Assembly: GCA_938002995.1 (NCBI GenBank)
Contig: CALKZN010000121.1
Span: forward strand, 1 to 55,101
DNA: 55,101 bases
Direction of reading: 5' to 3'
Origin: an uncultured Arenicellaceae bacterium
GTDB taxonomy: Bacteria; Pseudomonadota; Gammaproteobacteria; Arenicellales; Arenicellaceae
The notes beneath the pieces were generated by a model. That model was not told where the DNA came from and searched no databases. It saw only the letters and a program-made list of their open reading frames with translations. The translations under genes were made by a program, and so were the position numbers. Shown here one piece after another: positions 10,185-21,576 of the stretch (positions are counted from its first letter, which is position 1; each line of letters begins with the position of its first letter).

Positions 10185-11195
10185 TTAACTAAAGGCTAAA
10201 GAGGCTTTGTTGATTAGTTCACAAGCCATGGCTACATGGTTTTCGTTGCTATTAAGGCAAGGAATATAGTTGTAAGATTCACCGCCAGCTTCCATGAAAT
10301 ACTCTTTATTTTCTTCGTCAATCTCTTCAATAGTTTCTAAACAGTCTGCTGAAAAACCAGCACAGATAACGTCAATTTTCTTCACTCCTTGTCCTGGTAG
10401 TGATTTCATTGTTTGATCGCAATAAGGTTGTAGCCAAGGTTCTTTTCCTACGCGTGATTGATAAACTAAAAGGTAATCTTCACTGTTAAGGCCAAGTTTG
10501 TTCGCAACTAAATCTACAGTTTTCTCGCAATGATGCTGATAAGGATCACCATTTCTAACATAGCGCTGTGGGATTCCGTGAAATGAGAAGACTAGTTTTT
10601 CTCCACGACCATGTTGTTGCCAGTGCTCTTTTACTGAATGTGATAAAGCGTCTATATAGCGATCGTTTTCAAAATAATCGCTAATGAAATGCAGACTTGG
10701 AACCCAGCGAACTTTTTTCAGCGATTTTCCTACCGCGTCCATAATTGAGCCAGATGTAGAGCCAGAATATTGAGGATACATGGGTAATACGATCAGTTTA
10801 CGGCAACCTAATTGGTGTAGGTTTTTAATCGCTTTGTCTATATTTGGTTTGCCATAACGCATGCCTAGATCAACAATAAAATTTCCCCCAAGCGCTGTTT
10901 GCAAATTTTCAGTAAGCTCTAAACTATGGACCATCAATGGTGAGCCTTTTTCTGTCCAAACGGTTCGATAGGCGGCAGCACTTTTATGTGATCGGACATT
11001 GATGATAATGCCTCTGACAAGAAATTGACGTAATAAGCCAGGTAATTCGATGACTCGTGGGTCTGTCAAAAATTCGCTCAAATAATTTCTGAGTTTTGGG
11101 CATATTGGGGCATCGGGAGTGCCAAGGTTTGTAACTAAAACGCCAATTTTTTCATTGCTGTTCGCAATGTCATTATGCTGTCCAAAGTATTTCAT
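10185..11195 (-). CDS. hemH: Ferrochelatase
   Basis: 336 aa with conserved blocks GVLVTNLGTPD, LPMYPQYS, FSFHGIP and CLNS. Confidence 0.9.
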   Translation of the reverse strand: MKYFGQHNDIANSNEKIGVLVTNLGTPDAPICPKLRNYLSEFLTDPRVIELPGLLRQFLVRGIIINVRSHKSAAAYRTVWTEKGSPLMVHSLELTENLQTALGGNFIVDLGMRYGKPNIDKAIKNLHQLGCRKLIVLPMYPQYSGSTSGSIMDAVGKSLKKVRWVPSLHFISDYFENDRYIDALSHSVKEHWQQHGRGEKLVFSFHGIPQRYVRNGDPYQHHCEKTVDLVANKLGLNSEDYLLVYQSRVGKEPWLQPYCDQTMKSLPGQGVKKIDVICAGFSADCLETIEEIDEENKEYFMEAGGESYNYIPCLNSNENHVAMACELINKASLAFS

Positions 11196-11255
11196 AAACT
11201 AAAAGTGGGTATCGACCCTAAAAGGTTATTTGCCAAACTACGTGAAAGCGTTATT

Positions 11256-12356
11256 TTAAGTATCGCCAGTGACATTTATGTCAGCTGAAATATTTTCTTT
11301 GGCAAAATCAACCATACGTTTTAGTGATACTTCTGCTTGTTTGCGTATGGTTTCATCAATGAGGACCTCATTAGCACCCGTTTTGAGTACATTCTCAAGT
11401 CGATCAAGATCGTTCATCTTCATCCACGGGCAAGCAGCACAGCTCTTGCATGTGGCTCCATCGCCGCCAGTCGGTGCTGAAATAAACTCTTTATTTGGAG
11501 AGAGTTCTTTCATCTTGTGAAAAATGCCGTCTTCGGTCGCGACAATAAACTTTTTATTGGATAGTTCGCGTGTTGCGTTTAAAATTTTACTCGTTGAACC
11601 TACGACATCTGCTAAAGCAACAACGCTAGCAGGTGATTCAGGGTGAACTAAAATAGCGGCATCAGGATGTTCTTTCTTAAGATCTTCAAGGTAATGTGCT
11701 TTGAATTCTTCATGCACAATACAAGAACCTTGCCACATGATCATGTCAGCGCCCGTTTCGTTTTTGATATATTCGCCTAAGAAACGATCAGGGCCCCATA
11801 AGATTTTTTTGCCTTTTTCTTTTAGATAAGTACATATCTCCAATGCAATTGAAGAGGTAACTACCCAATCAGCACGGGCTTTTACCGCTGCACTGGTGTT
11901 GGCATAAACCACAACGGTACGATCCGGGTGAGCATCACAAAATGCTGAAAATTCATCGATTGGACAGCCAATATCGAGAGAGCATTCAGCTTCAGTCTCT
12001 AATAATAGAACACGTTTTTCAGGGCTTAAAATTTTAGCCGTTTCACCCATAAATTTAACACCGGCGACAATGACTGTTGATGCGTCATGTTCCATACCAA
12101 AGCGTGCCATTTCTAAGGAATCAGAAACGGTTCCACCGGTTTCATCTGCCATGTCTTGCAGAACACCATCGACATAGTAGTGTGAGACTAGGACGGCATC
12201 TTGTTCTTTGAGTGCTTGTTTAATACGATCTTTCTGCGCATCAATATCTTTCAAAGAATGTTCAGTGTGCTTAATTGTTCGTGCTGAATCTGCAAGAGCA
12301 TCAATGCGCTTTTCAAGGCTTTTGGGTATATTAATGAAATCGTTCATGGTATTCAT
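11256..12356 (-). CDS. nadA: Quinolinate synthase A
   Basis: 366 aa with the NadA blocks [28 protein letters not shown] and C-terminal Cys motifs ([10 protein letters not shown]). Confidence 0.9.
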   Translation of the reverse strand: MNTMNDFINIPKSLEKRIDALADSARTIKHTEHSLKDIDAQKDRIKQALKEQDAVLVSHYYVDGVLQDMADETGGTVSDSLEMARFGMEHDASTVIVAGVKFMGETAKILSPEKRVLLLETEAECSLDIGCPIDEFSAFCDAHPDRTVVVYANTSAAVKARADWVVTSSIALEICTYLKEKGKKILWGPDRFLGEYIKNETGADMIMWQGSCIVHEEFKAHYLEDLKKEHPDAAILVHPESPASVVALADVVGSTSKILNATRELSNKKFIVATEDGIFHKMKELSPNKEFISAPTGGDGATCKSCAACPWMKMNDLDRLENVLKTGANEVLIDETIRKQAEVSLKRMVDFAKENISADINVTGDT

Positions 12357-12543
12357 TTCTTAAAAATATAATATGAATAGTTTAACTCATGTTAAGACAG
12401 ATTTTTGTCATAATCTGTATCAAAAGTACAACATACTCCTCATGAAAAGGTTCTGTGATTTTGAGTATGTTTAAAAAAACATTTGTTATTACTGAGCTAT
12501 AATATGAGGCCATTCTGGAATTGATCAATATTGAGAACTTTTT

Positions 12544-13560
12544 ATGCTTGAATTTTTGTTTAACTATGGATTGTTTCTGCTCAAAGCAGTGACGGTATTA
12601 ATAGTAATTTTGGTGATCATTGCTGCAGCAGCGGCAAAGAAAAAATCGGCGTCTGGTGAATTAAAAATTTCCAGCTTGAATAAAAAGTTTGAACACCTAA
12701 AACAAGCCGTTCAAGAAGCAACTTTGGATAAAAAATTATTCAAACAAGAAGCTAAAGCTAAGAAAAAGGAAGAAAAACAACTCAAGAAGGATCAGAAAAA
12801 AGATAAGGCTGAACAACAAAAACCTCGCTTATTTGTTGTTGATTTCGAAGGCGATATAAAAGCATCAAGTGTGCCGTCTTTACGCGAAGAAATCACAGCC
12901 ATTCTTAGTGCTGCGGAGTCTGATGACGAAGTGCTAATCACCTTGAATAATTCTGGCGGAATTGTTCATGAGCATGGCCTAGCCGCATCGCAATTAGTGA
13001 GGATCAAGCAAGCTAATATACCTTTGACGGTCGCTGTCGATAAAGTAGCCGCAAGTGGCGGGTATATGATGGCTTGTGTTGCGGATAAAATTTTAGCTGC
13101 ACCATTTGCGATTGTTGGCTCCATCGGAGTGGTTGCTCAGTTGCCGAATTTTCATCGTTTATTGGATAAGGCTGGTGTTGATTTCGAACAACACACAGCG
13201 GGCGAATATAAACGTAACGTGACCATGTTTGGTAAGAATACCGATAAAGAGCGTGAGCAACTAAAAGAGCAATTAGAAGATATTCATGATCTATTTCGAG
13301 GTTTTGTAACTGATTATCGACCTAGCTTAGATATGAAAGAAGTTGGTACTGGACAGTACTGGTATGGAAGTCGTGCTAAGGAACTAGGTCTTGTAGATGA
13401 CATTATGACCAGTGATGACTATCTTGCAACTGCTGCAAATGATAAGGACATTTTTCAAGTCAAATATGAGTTTGAAAAAACACTGATGGAAAAATTCTCT
13501 AATGGTGGAGCACAACTATTCGACAAAATTATTGAAAGATTGAGTAGGTCTGATCATTAA
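12544..13560 (+). CDS. sohB: Inner-membrane peptidase S49 (SohB)
   Basis: 338 aa with an N-terminal TM helix, a Lys-rich linker and an S49 ClpP-fold core (AASGGYMMA...GSIGV). Confidence 0.85.
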   Translation: MLEFLFNYGLFLLKAVTVLIVILVIIAAAAAKKKSASGELKISSLNKKFEHLKQAVQEATLDKKLFKQEAKAKKKEEKQLKKDQKKDKAEQQKPRLFVVDFEGDIKASSVPSLREEITAILSAAESDDEVLITLNNSGGIVHEHGLAASQLVRIKQANIPLTVAVDKVAASGGYMMACVADKILAAPFAIVGSIGVVAQLPNFHRLLDKAGVDFEQHTAGEYKRNVTMFGKNTDKEREQLKEQLEDIHDLFRGFVTDYRPSLDMKEVGTGQYWYGSRAKELGLVDDIMTSDDYLATAANDKDIFQVKYEFEKTLMEKFSNGGAQLFDKIIERLSRSDH

Positions 13561-13590
13561 TGCATGAGCGTGACTTATGAAGCCTTATTT

Positions 13591-14277
13591 CTAGTGTGAT
13601 TGTTCATTTGCGCTTTTTTCTGTTTCTAGTAAAGCGCAAAAAGATTTTAATCGAATTTCTAGGTCAAATGCTTCGATCAGTATTTGTTTGTGCTGAGAGG
13701 TGAAAGGTAATTGCTCAATCAAATTGTTGAGCAGATCTTCTGTAGGTATATCAGAGAAAGATTCCCAATTTACGTCAATTTTTTTGTACGTGAAATATTG
13801 TCTTAGGGCACCGTTTAATTGCAGTACTTTTTCTTGGCTTAGTTCTTCCGCCTCATCATAATCGTGTTTATATTGGCTCCAGTCGGGCACGACAATGCGA
13901 TAACCTCGCATACTAGTTATTTCTTGTTTAACTTGAAAACGACAAATTCCGGTCAACATAACTTCTAATCGTCCATCAGTAGTTTCTTGGTAACTACTTA
14001 TTCTGGCAGCGCACCCAATGTCAAACAAGCTTGGAGAATTTTCCTTGGCTTCCTTGCTCTTAGTTAGAGTGTCCTGAGATTGAATGTCTTTAGGTTGAAT
14101 CATGCCTATTAACTGGTCTCCCTGCATTGCGTCTTTGAACATGTTCAGATATCGAGGCTCAAAGATATTCAATGGTAAAAAACCACCAGGCATCACCACT
14201 GCATTTGAGAGCGGAAAGATGGGTAATGTGGTCGGCAATTGTTCAAAAGTCTGGGTAAATGGCGAATGATTTTTCAT
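13591..14277 (-). CDS. Lon N-terminal (LON substrate-binding) domain protein
   Basis: 228 aa. LPIFPLSNAVVMPGGFLPLNIFEPRYLNMF is the typical start of stand-alone Lon-N domain proteins. Confidence 0.75.
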   Translation of the reverse strand: MKNHSPFTQTFEQLPTTLPIFPLSNAVVMPGGFLPLNIFEPRYLNMFKDAMQGDQLIGMIQPKDIQSQDTLTKSKEAKENSPSLFDIGCAARISSYQETTDGRLEVMLTGICRFQVKQEITSMRGYRIVVPDWSQYKHDYDEAEELSQEKVLQLNGALRQYFTYKKIDVNWESFSDIPTEDLLNNLIEQLPFTSQHKQILIEAFDLEIRLKSFCALLETEKSANEQSH

Positions 14278-14477
14278 GATTGATTTATGAAATTTTTGTT
14301 TTAAATATTATGCCAAATCATATGTACTTATTTTGTCATATCTAATTATTATCATTTGCATGCACCAGATAATTTTTAGAGATCAATCAATGAATAGTAA
14401 CGCTTTTATATATTCATATTCGATGCTTTATTGAACTTAACATGCACTCAATTAAAGTGCGCGTTAATACTTTGTGT

Positions 14478-14774
14478 TTAGTTGTCAATTTTAGACATTT
14501 TATGTAGAACAAACTCAGCAACTGCACCATCAGTTGCTTCCATATAGGCAGCTAAGTGAGTATTGCTCATGTGAGTTTGCCATAATTCATGAGATTCCCA
14601 ATTTTCATAGAACTTGAAAACTGCAGGGTTATCATTGTCTTGATGCAAGTCATATTGTAAACATCCTTCTTCTTGTCGAGTGATCTCAATCAATTTGACT
14701 AGCTCTGATTTTACTAATTCAATACTTTCAGGTTTTGCTTCGATGTGAGCGAAAATTGTTAGTTGTGTAGACAT
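14478..14774 (-). CDS. ABM-fold putative (quinol) monooxygenase
   Basis: About 98 aa from MSTQLTIFAHIEAKPE. A GGAG lies 6 nt upstream of this Met, so the 4-codon extension in the ORF track is dropped. It is divergent from a LysR regulator. Confidence 0.7.
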   Translation of the reverse strand: MSTQLTIFAHIEAKPESIELVKSELVKLIEITRQEEGCLQYDLHQDNDNPAVFKFYENWESHELWQTHMSNTHLAAYMEATDGAVAEFVLHKMSKIDN

Positions 14775-14921
14775 AATAATCTCCAAATAGTTTGAGTGAG
14801 AGTTGCTTAATAATGTTTTGATGAAGAGAGTATGGATGAATTATTAGAAAAATAAACATGGTAATATTAAAAACATATTCAAATATTTTTTGATAATTCT
14901 TTTCATAAATTTCTTATAGCC

Positions 14922-15821
14922 ATGAATTTAGATGACTTAACGCTTTTCACACGGATAGCAGATACAGGCAGTATCACAGCCGCTGCCGACCAACTAGATA
15001 TGACTCCTGCCACTGCTAGTGCAGCTTTGAAAAGGCTAGAATCGGCTGTTGGTACACAACTATTTATTCGTTCGACACGTCAATTAAGAATTACAACAGA
15101 AGGGGAAACATTCTTAATTCATGCGCATAAAGCACTAGATGCTATTCAGCAAGGAGTGTCATCACTACATTCAAGCAAGGGTGAGGTTCAGGGGAGGATA
15201 CGGATATCATTGTCTTCAGATTTAGGCCGGAATCAGGTGTTGCCGTGGCTAGAAAACATGATGGAACAACACCCAAAGTTGTCTATTAGACTATCGATGC
15301 AGGATGAAAATATAGATTTCTATTCCAATCATGTGGATGTTGCCTTACGTTATGGCGCTCCAGAAGACTCATCGATGATAGGGTTTCACATTGCTACTTT
15401 AGATCGAGTGATTTGCGCATCGCCAGAATATATAAAAAATTATGGTGAACCAAAGCACCCTCAAGATTTAAAAAGCCACAATTGCCTTTTGTATAGTATT
15501 GCAAATCGCGTGTTTGATACTTGGAAAATATCTAATCAAAAAGCAAGTTATAAGATTCGTGTCCAAGGAAATCGAATATGTAATGATGGGGATGTTGTTC
15601 GACGCTGGTTGGTTAACGGTAAAGGGATTGCCTTTAAATCACGGCTGGATTTAACCAATGATTTAGCAGCAAATCGAGTTGTCGAAATATTGCCAGATTT
15701 TAAATCTTCAGAATTGGAACTTTGGTTAATCTGTCCGTCTAGACAGCAAGTGACTCCAGCAGTTTTACTTCTGCGCGATATGTTCAGAGAACGTATTGCA
15801 AATGCTTTAGGGAGCCCCTAA
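14922..15821 (+). CDS. LysR-family transcriptional regulator
   Basis: 299 aa with the N-terminal wHTH LFTRIADTGSITAAADQLDMTPATASAALKRLE and a LysR substrate-binding domain. Confidence 0.85.
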   Translation: MNLDDLTLFTRIADTGSITAAADQLDMTPATASAALKRLESAVGTQLFIRSTRQLRITTEGETFLIHAHKALDAIQQGVSSLHSSKGEVQGRIRISLSSDLGRNQVLPWLENMMEQHPKLSIRLSMQDENIDFYSNHVDVALRYGAPEDSSMIGFHIATLDRVICASPEYIKNYGEPKHPQDLKSHNCLLYSIANRVFDTWKISNQKASYKIRVQGNRICNDGDVVRRWLVNGKGIAFKSRLDLTNDLAANRVVEILPDFKSSELELWLICPSRQQVTPAVLLLRDMFRERIANALGSP

Positions 15822-15832
15822 AAAAAGATTTC

Positions 15833-17941
15833 TTAACCAGCAACGACTATTTTGGTTTTAGTCGTCTTTTTTTGTTTCAAAAAATCACTCAATATAAGAG
15901 CTGCTTCTTTTTGAAATACGCGGTCCCAATGTTTATCACCATCGGGTAAGTCATCACTAGAATCATCAATGGTTGATGGGTCAACTTCAGATAATTTTAG
16001 TGATTTACGATATTCATTAATTTGTTCAATAGCTTCCATTTCTTGTGATTTTGCTAAGGCTTTTCGTTTGTTCTCAGCCAGTGTTACTTTTTTAAGTTCA
16101 CTATTAATTTTACGTTGCTTAGACGTTTGTTTTAAATAGGTGAATGCTGAAGAATTTTTCGCACGCGCTAAATGTAGTTGAGTAAGCGAATCAATATCAC
16201 CATCAAGGGTAGGATATTCATTCAATGCTGAAGCAATTTTGGTCCATGGTAATGCATTGTCTAGCAAGCCTTCACCATAGTCGCCGCGGTCACCTGTATC
16301 TAAAACGATATCAGGTTCTACCCCTTTAACTTGTGTGCTTGAGCCGTTAACGCGGAAGAATTGTTGGATAGTCAATTTAAGGGTGCTACTGACTTTATTG
16401 TTTTTAACTCGTTTCAATGGTTGGGTCGTTTGCACGGTGCCTTTGCCAAACGTTCGTTCGCCGATGATGATTCCACGACCATAATCCTTAATGGCACCTG
16501 CAAAAATTTCTGAAGCTGAGGCACTGCTTTTGTCAACCAACACCGCAAGTGGGCCATCATAAGCAGTTCCAGAATCAGTATCGTCTAATTGTACTGATTG
16601 TTCATCCGACGTTTGAACTTGGACTACTGGACCACGATCAATAAATAATCCCGTTAAGTTAATCGCTTCGCGTAGATATCCACCACCATTTCCTCGAAGA
16701 TCAAGGATCAAGCCGTCAATCTTGCCGGATGACTGCGCTTCTTTAATAAGACGTTCGACATCATAGCTAGTACTAACGATGTCATCGTTAGATCCTTTGC
16801 TTTGCTTGGCATAAAAAGAAGGAATTTCAATGACAGCAAAGCGTTTGTCATCAACGTTTTGATATTCTAATTGTGCAGCACTATCTTCTAAGCTAATGAC
16901 ATCACGAACTAAAGAGATGGTTTCAGGAGTGCTTCCTGGAGCACTATCGCCAGTGAGGAGCTGTAGATAAACAGTACTGCCTTTTTTGCCTCGAATCTTG
17001 CCGACCACATCCATCAGTCGCCAACCAGTGACGTCTTCAATATTGTCTTCTGACTGACCTACACCAACGATTTTGTCATCAATATTTAATTTGCCACTTT
17101 TGCTCGCAGGGCCGCCTGCAATTATTTTTCGGATCACTGTGTAGTCATTCTCGCTTTGTAAGGATGCGCCAATACCTTCAAGTGACAGTGATAAATTGAT
17201 ACGAAAATTTTCGGCGGTAACACGAGACATATATTGCGTGTGTGGGCCAACTTCCCGCATCAGAGCATTCAAGTAGAGTTCAAAGACCTCTTCAGGCTTT
17301 GTTTGCCATACAATATTTGATTGCCTTGTAAAACGTTTCCTTAATGTTTCACGAATTTTTTCATCAGGGATATTGTCGAGTTTTTGGATGATTACTGAAT
17401 TTTTGACACGTTTGCGCCAAAGGTCATTCATTTCTTCAACGGTTTGTGGCCATGTGCTTTCTGAGCGATCAATGTGATGCTCTTCATCTAAGTTGAAGTT
17501 AAAGCCTTTTTCTAGGAGTGCTTTTGCATATTCTTCTCGTTCTTTAATACGCTTACGGAAAACTTTATAGATTTCAAATCCAAGTTCAGGATTGCCTTGT
17601 TTGAGTTGATTGTCGATATCCAATTCATTTTGTTTGAACTGTTCAATATCGCTGGTATAAAAATATAGCTTGTTTGAATCCAGTAGGTCTAAGTATCGGT
17701 TTAAGGTTTTTTTAGATAGATCGTCATCTAAGGAGATTTTTTTATAGTGGCTGCGATCTAGGTATTTCAGCGAGACTAGTAAGTCAATTTGCATCTCACG
17801 AGTTGTTTCTAAGGAATCTTCGGGAACAGGTTTGAAGTCAGCAATAGCAATAGAGCTGAAAGTCGTCCCAATAAACAAACAACTAAGCAAACAAGTACGA
17901 TGAAAAATGTTTTGAGTGAATGTGTTGCTTAGTTTTTTCAT
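15833..17941 (-). CDS. prc: Tail-specific (C-terminal processing) protease
   Basis: 702 aa with a signal peptide, a PDZ region and an S41 core (GPLAVLVDKSSASASEIFAGAIKDYGR). Confidence 0.9.
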   Translation of the reverse strand: MKKLSNTFTQNIFHRTCLLSCLFIGTTFSSIAIADFKPVPEDSLETTREMQIDLLVSLKYLDRSHYKKISLDDDLSKKTLNRYLDLLDSNKLYFYTSDIEQFKQNELDIDNQLKQGNPELGFEIYKVFRKRIKEREEYAKALLEKGFNFNLDEEHHIDRSESTWPQTVEEMNDLWRKRVKNSVIIQKLDNIPDEKIRETLRKRFTRQSNIVWQTKPEEVFELYLNALMREVGPHTQYMSRVTAENFRINLSLSLEGIGASLQSENDYTVIRKIIAGGPASKSGKLNIDDKIVGVGQSEDNIEDVTGWRLMDVVGKIRGKKGSTVYLQLLTGDSAPGSTPETISLVRDVISLEDSAAQLEYQNVDDKRFAVIEIPSFYAKQSKGSNDDIVSTSYDVERLIKEAQSSGKIDGLILDLRGNGGGYLREAINLTGLFIDRGPVVQVQTSDEQSVQLDDTDSGTAYDGPLAVLVDKSSASASEIFAGAIKDYGRGIIIGERTFGKGTVQTTQPLKRVKNNKVSSTLKLTIQQFFRVNGSSTQVKGVEPDIVLDTGDRGDYGEGLLDNALPWTKIASALNEYPTLDGDIDSLTQLHLARAKNSSAFTYLKQTSKQRKINSELKKVTLAENKRKALAKSQEMEAIEQINEYRKSLKLSEVDPSTIDDSSDDLPDGDKHWDRVFQKEAALILSDFLKQKKTTKTKIVVAG

Positions 17942-18013
17942 AAGTTCTCCTATTAATGAATATTGCCTGATTAATATTCCTATATTGCAGATGACGACAA
18001 TGTGTCTTTGAGT

Positions 18014-20071
18014 TTATAGCAAGCCAGTACTTTTTAGCAAAGCATTTACCTTCGGTTCGCGGCCTCTAAAATTCGCAAACATTTCGCTAGCCTCTGGAAC
18101 ACCACCTTGCGATAAAATATTATCTTTAAATGCGGCACCCGTTTTGGCATTAAATATTCCTTCTTCTTCAAATCGGCCAAAAGCGTCGGCAGATAAAACT
18201 TCTGCCCACTTATAGCTGTAATAACCTGCTGCATAGCCGCCTGCAAAAATATGTGAAAAGCTGCATTGGAAACGATGGTAACTAGGCGTTTGCATCACGG
18301 CAACAGAGTCACGGCTTTGATTCAGAATGTCTTGAACTGGCAAAGACGTAGTGGTTTCTTTGTAATCTTGTGCATGCAGTACAATATCAAACAAGGAAAA
18401 TTCTAACTGTCGAACAGTTTGCATACCCGTTTGGAAATGCTTAGCGGCCAACATTTTGTCTAATAATGCTTGTGGTAGCGGTTCACCTGTTTGAAAGTGA
18501 CTGCTAATTAATGGGATAGAGTCCACATGCCAGCACCAATTTTCTAAAAATTGGCTAGGCAGCTCAACAGCATCCCATGAAACGCCATTAATGCCGGCTA
18601 AACTCATCTCATCAACTTGGGTCAATAAATGGTGCAAGGTATGGCCAAATTCATGGAATAAAGTCTCTACTTCATCGTGAGTTAATAGTGCAGGTTGACC
18701 ACTTGCGGCAGGTGTGAAATTACAGGTCAAATAAGCCACTGGTTTTGATTGTTGTTCCGCTGTTTGTTGGCGGTGACGACAAACACCCATCCAAGCACCA
18801 CCGCGCTTATTAGGTCTGGCATAAAGATCAGCAAATAGCTGGCCATTGACGTTGCCATTATTGTCGATTAGATCATAAGTTAGCACATCATCATGCCAAA
18901 CTTGAGGCTCAGTATTTTTACGAAATTTAATGCCAAATAAGCGATTTACAATGTCAAACATGCCATTGATAACGGTATCTACAGGAAAGTATTCTTTAAT
19001 TTCTTCACTGTTTAATTCATATTCATATTGCTTTAATTTTTCACTGTAATAGCTGTAATCCCAAGGGTTTAACTTGGCAACTTTGAAGTGTTCATTGACA
19101 AATTCATGTAAGTCATGCAATTCCGCTTCAGCCTTAGGTTTAGCATGTTTCGCAATTTCATATAAAAAATCAGAAACTTGTTCAACGTTGTCAGCCATTT
19201 TCGTGACCAATGCAAGTTCTGCAAAATTTTTGAAACCGAGCAATTCAGATTTTTCTTGGCGTAAGGCTAGGATATCGTTAATGATGGGTTCGTTATCAAA
19301 GCGAGTGTCGATATCGCCATTCAAGTCAACACTTTGTAAGCTTGCTCGAGTGGCATAGGCGCGATACATTTTTTCTCGAATCGATTCGGAGTCAGCATAT
19401 TTCATCACGGCAAGATAAGAAGGGGTATCTAGTCCAAAACGATACCCTTGTTGGTCATGACGGTGAGCAGTTGATTTTGCTAACTCGATTGCATAGTCAG
19501 GCAAACCTGACAGTGTTTTCTTGTCTTGAACTAGTAAATACCAGCTTTGAGTGGCATCTAATAAATTTTGTTCAAACTGAGTTTGTTTTTTCGATAATTT
19601 TTGGACAATCGCGGCATAACGTTTTTTATCATCGTTATTGAGTTCAGCACCTGAGAGTTTGAAATCACGAATCGTGTTATTAACAATTTTTTGTTGAGCG
19701 CTATTCAGTGTTGAAAAATCATCACGTGCAGCAATGTTTTTATAGCCTTGATAGAGTGCCAAATTCTGTGCGATAGCAGTATGGAAAGCCGTTAGTTTTT
19801 CTTGACCTGCTTGGTATGCATCGCGCAGTTCGGCAGAGTCCATCACAGAATTCAAGTGAGAAACAGTTGACCAAACATTGTCGAGTTGCACGTCAATATT
19901 TTCTAAGATCGCTGCGAAATTATCCCAAGTGGCTGTTGTTGCCTTGGTTTCTAATGTTGTAATGATATCTTGGCTTTCAGCAAGTGTTGTGTCCAAAGCT
20001 GACTGAACATGCTCAGTTTTGATCTCGGCAAAAGCGGGTAAATGCTGGTCTTTTAATAATGGATTGGTCAC
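18014..20071 (-). CDS. prlC: Oligopeptidase A (M3 metallopeptidase)
   Basis: 685 aa with the HEFGH zinc motif (LFHEFGHTLHHLL) in the typical OpdA context. Confidence 0.9.
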   Translation of the reverse strand: MTNPLLKDQHLPAFAEIKTEHVQSALDTTLAESQDIITTLETKATTATWDNFAAILENIDVQLDNVWSTVSHLNSVMDSAELRDAYQAGQEKLTAFHTAIAQNLALYQGYKNIAARDDFSTLNSAQQKIVNNTIRDFKLSGAELNNDDKKRYAAIVQKLSKKQTQFEQNLLDATQSWYLLVQDKKTLSGLPDYAIELAKSTAHRHDQQGYRFGLDTPSYLAVMKYADSESIREKMYRAYATRASLQSVDLNGDIDTRFDNEPIINDILALRQEKSELLGFKNFAELALVTKMADNVEQVSDFLYEIAKHAKPKAEAELHDLHEFVNEHFKVAKLNPWDYSYYSEKLKQYEYELNSEEIKEYFPVDTVINGMFDIVNRLFGIKFRKNTEPQVWHDDVLTYDLIDNNGNVNGQLFADLYARPNKRGGAWMGVCRHRQQTAEQQSKPVAYLTCNFTPAASGQPALLTHDEVETLFHEFGHTLHHLLTQVDEMSLAGINGVSWDAVELPSQFLENWCWHVDSIPLISSHFQTGEPLPQALLDKMLAAKHFQTGMQTVRQLEFSLFDIVLHAQDYKETTTSLPVQDILNQSRDSVAVMQTPSYHRFQCSFSHIFAGGYAAGYYSYKWAEVLSADAFGRFEEEGIFNAKTGAAFKDNILSQGGVPEASEMFANFRGREPKVNALLKSTGLL

Positions 20072-20282
20072 GAGGCAGTCCTAAAATGGTTAGCTATTTT
20101 GATTAATATAAACATCATCTGGGGATAAAGACCGTTTATACAAGTAAATACTGGCGTCCTTTTGCCATATATGTGATCTATCATGATATTTAAATCAATG
20201 ATAAGCCAAGTGAAAAGCGATAAGCTTAGCCCTGCATCAAGAGTGAAGCGAAGTCTTAGGGTTTTTGCCGCCGATAAACGTT

Positions 20283-21542
20283 TTACCAGTCAATGACAGT
20301 TTCTAAGGCAAATAAATCACTGGTTTTTTCACGTTGACGAATAGTTGCCCAGTACTGATCATTGACTAATACTTCTACAGCACGAGGACGAGTATTGTAA
20401 TTAGAGCTCATCGTGAAACCATAGGCACCGGCTGAATGAATAGCTAATAAATCCCCAGCTTCGACTGCTAAAAGACGATCTCTGCCTAAAATATCACCTG
20501 TTTCACAAACTGGGCCAACAACATCATAGACTCTTTCTGGTGTCCCTTCTTGTGGAGGGGTTACAGGTGAGATAGTGTGCCATGCGCCATATAAAGATGG
20601 CCGCATTAAGTCATTCATTGCCGCATCAATGATGGCAAAGTTTTTTTCCGTATTCTCTTTTAAATAGGCGACTTCGGTGACCAAAATGCCTGCATTACCA
20701 GCAATTGAACGTCCAGGCTCAATAGATATTGGAAGTTGGATGTCAGCGGCAGCAAGCGTATCTAACAGTGCTTGCATAAACTCTTGTGAAGAAGGCGGTG
20801 TTTCATCATTATAAACAATGCCATAGCCGCCACCCAAATCAAGGTGCTTAATGTCAACATCCATTTCGGCGAGAGTTTTCACCAAAGAAATAACGCGTTC
20901 TAAAGCGTCTACGAAAGGCGTTATTGTCGTGATTTGTGAACCAATATGGCAAGCGACACCAAGGATTTCGATATGGCTGGCTGCTTTGGCTTGCTGGAAA
21001 ACATGCAAGGAAGCTTGCATAGAAACGCCAAATTTAGCTTCTTCTAAGCCAGTGGAAATATAAGGATGTGTTTGTGGGTCAACATCAGGATTAACGCGCA
21101 CAGAAATCGGCGCTACTTTACCAACTTCAACAGCGACGGATTGGACACGTTCAAGTTCGGCAGGAGACTCAATATTGATCGAGCGTACCCCTTGCTGTAA
21201 TGCAAAGGCTATTTCTTCACGTGATTTAGCGACACCAGAGAAAAACACCTTACTTGGATCGCCACCTGCTGCAATAACACGTTCTAACTCTCCGCCGGAG
21301 ACAACGTCAAAACCAGAGCCTAGTTTGGCCAAGGTATTTAGGACGCTAATATTAGAGTTTGCTTTAACCGCAAAACAAACTAAATGTGGGTGGTCGCCAA
21401 AAGCTTTATCATAAGCAAGCCAAGCACTTTCCAGTGCTGCTTTTGAGTAGATGTAGCAAGGTGTGCCAACTTCATTAGTAATATTTCTGACGGGCACATT
21501 TTCAGCGTGCAAAGTGCCGCCGTGCATGGTAAATGCATTCAT
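20283..21542 (-). CDS. lysA: Diaminopimelate decarboxylase
   Basis: The ORF track gives 20283..21680, but its first 46 codons overlap the lptM gene. The conserved LysA sequence starts at MNAFTMHGGTLHAENV (ATG at 21542). PLP-fold motifs (FAVKAN, GGGYG) are present. Confidence 0.88.
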   Translation of the reverse strand: MNAFTMHGGTLHAENVPVRNITNEVGTPCYIYSKAALESAWLAYDKAFGDHPHLVCFAVKANSNISVLNTLAKLGSGFDVVSGGELERVIAAGGDPSKVFFSGVAKSREEIAFALQQGVRSINIESPAELERVQSVAVEVGKVAPISVRVNPDVDPQTHPYISTGLEEAKFGVSMQASLHVFQQAKAASHIEILGVACHIGSQITTITPFVDALERVISLVKTLAEMDVDIKHLDLGGGYGIVYNDETPPSSQEFMQALLDTLAAADIQLPISIEPGRSIAGNAGILVTEVAYLKENTEKNFAIIDAAMNDLMRPSLYGAWHTISPVTPPQEGTPERVYDVVGPVCETGDILGRDRLLAVEAGDLLAIHSAGAYGFTMSSNYNTRPRAVEVLVNDQYWATIRQREKTSDLFALETVIDW

Positions 21543-21576
21543 AGGAGTATTGAGTCGTTGTGAATCGTATGAAACT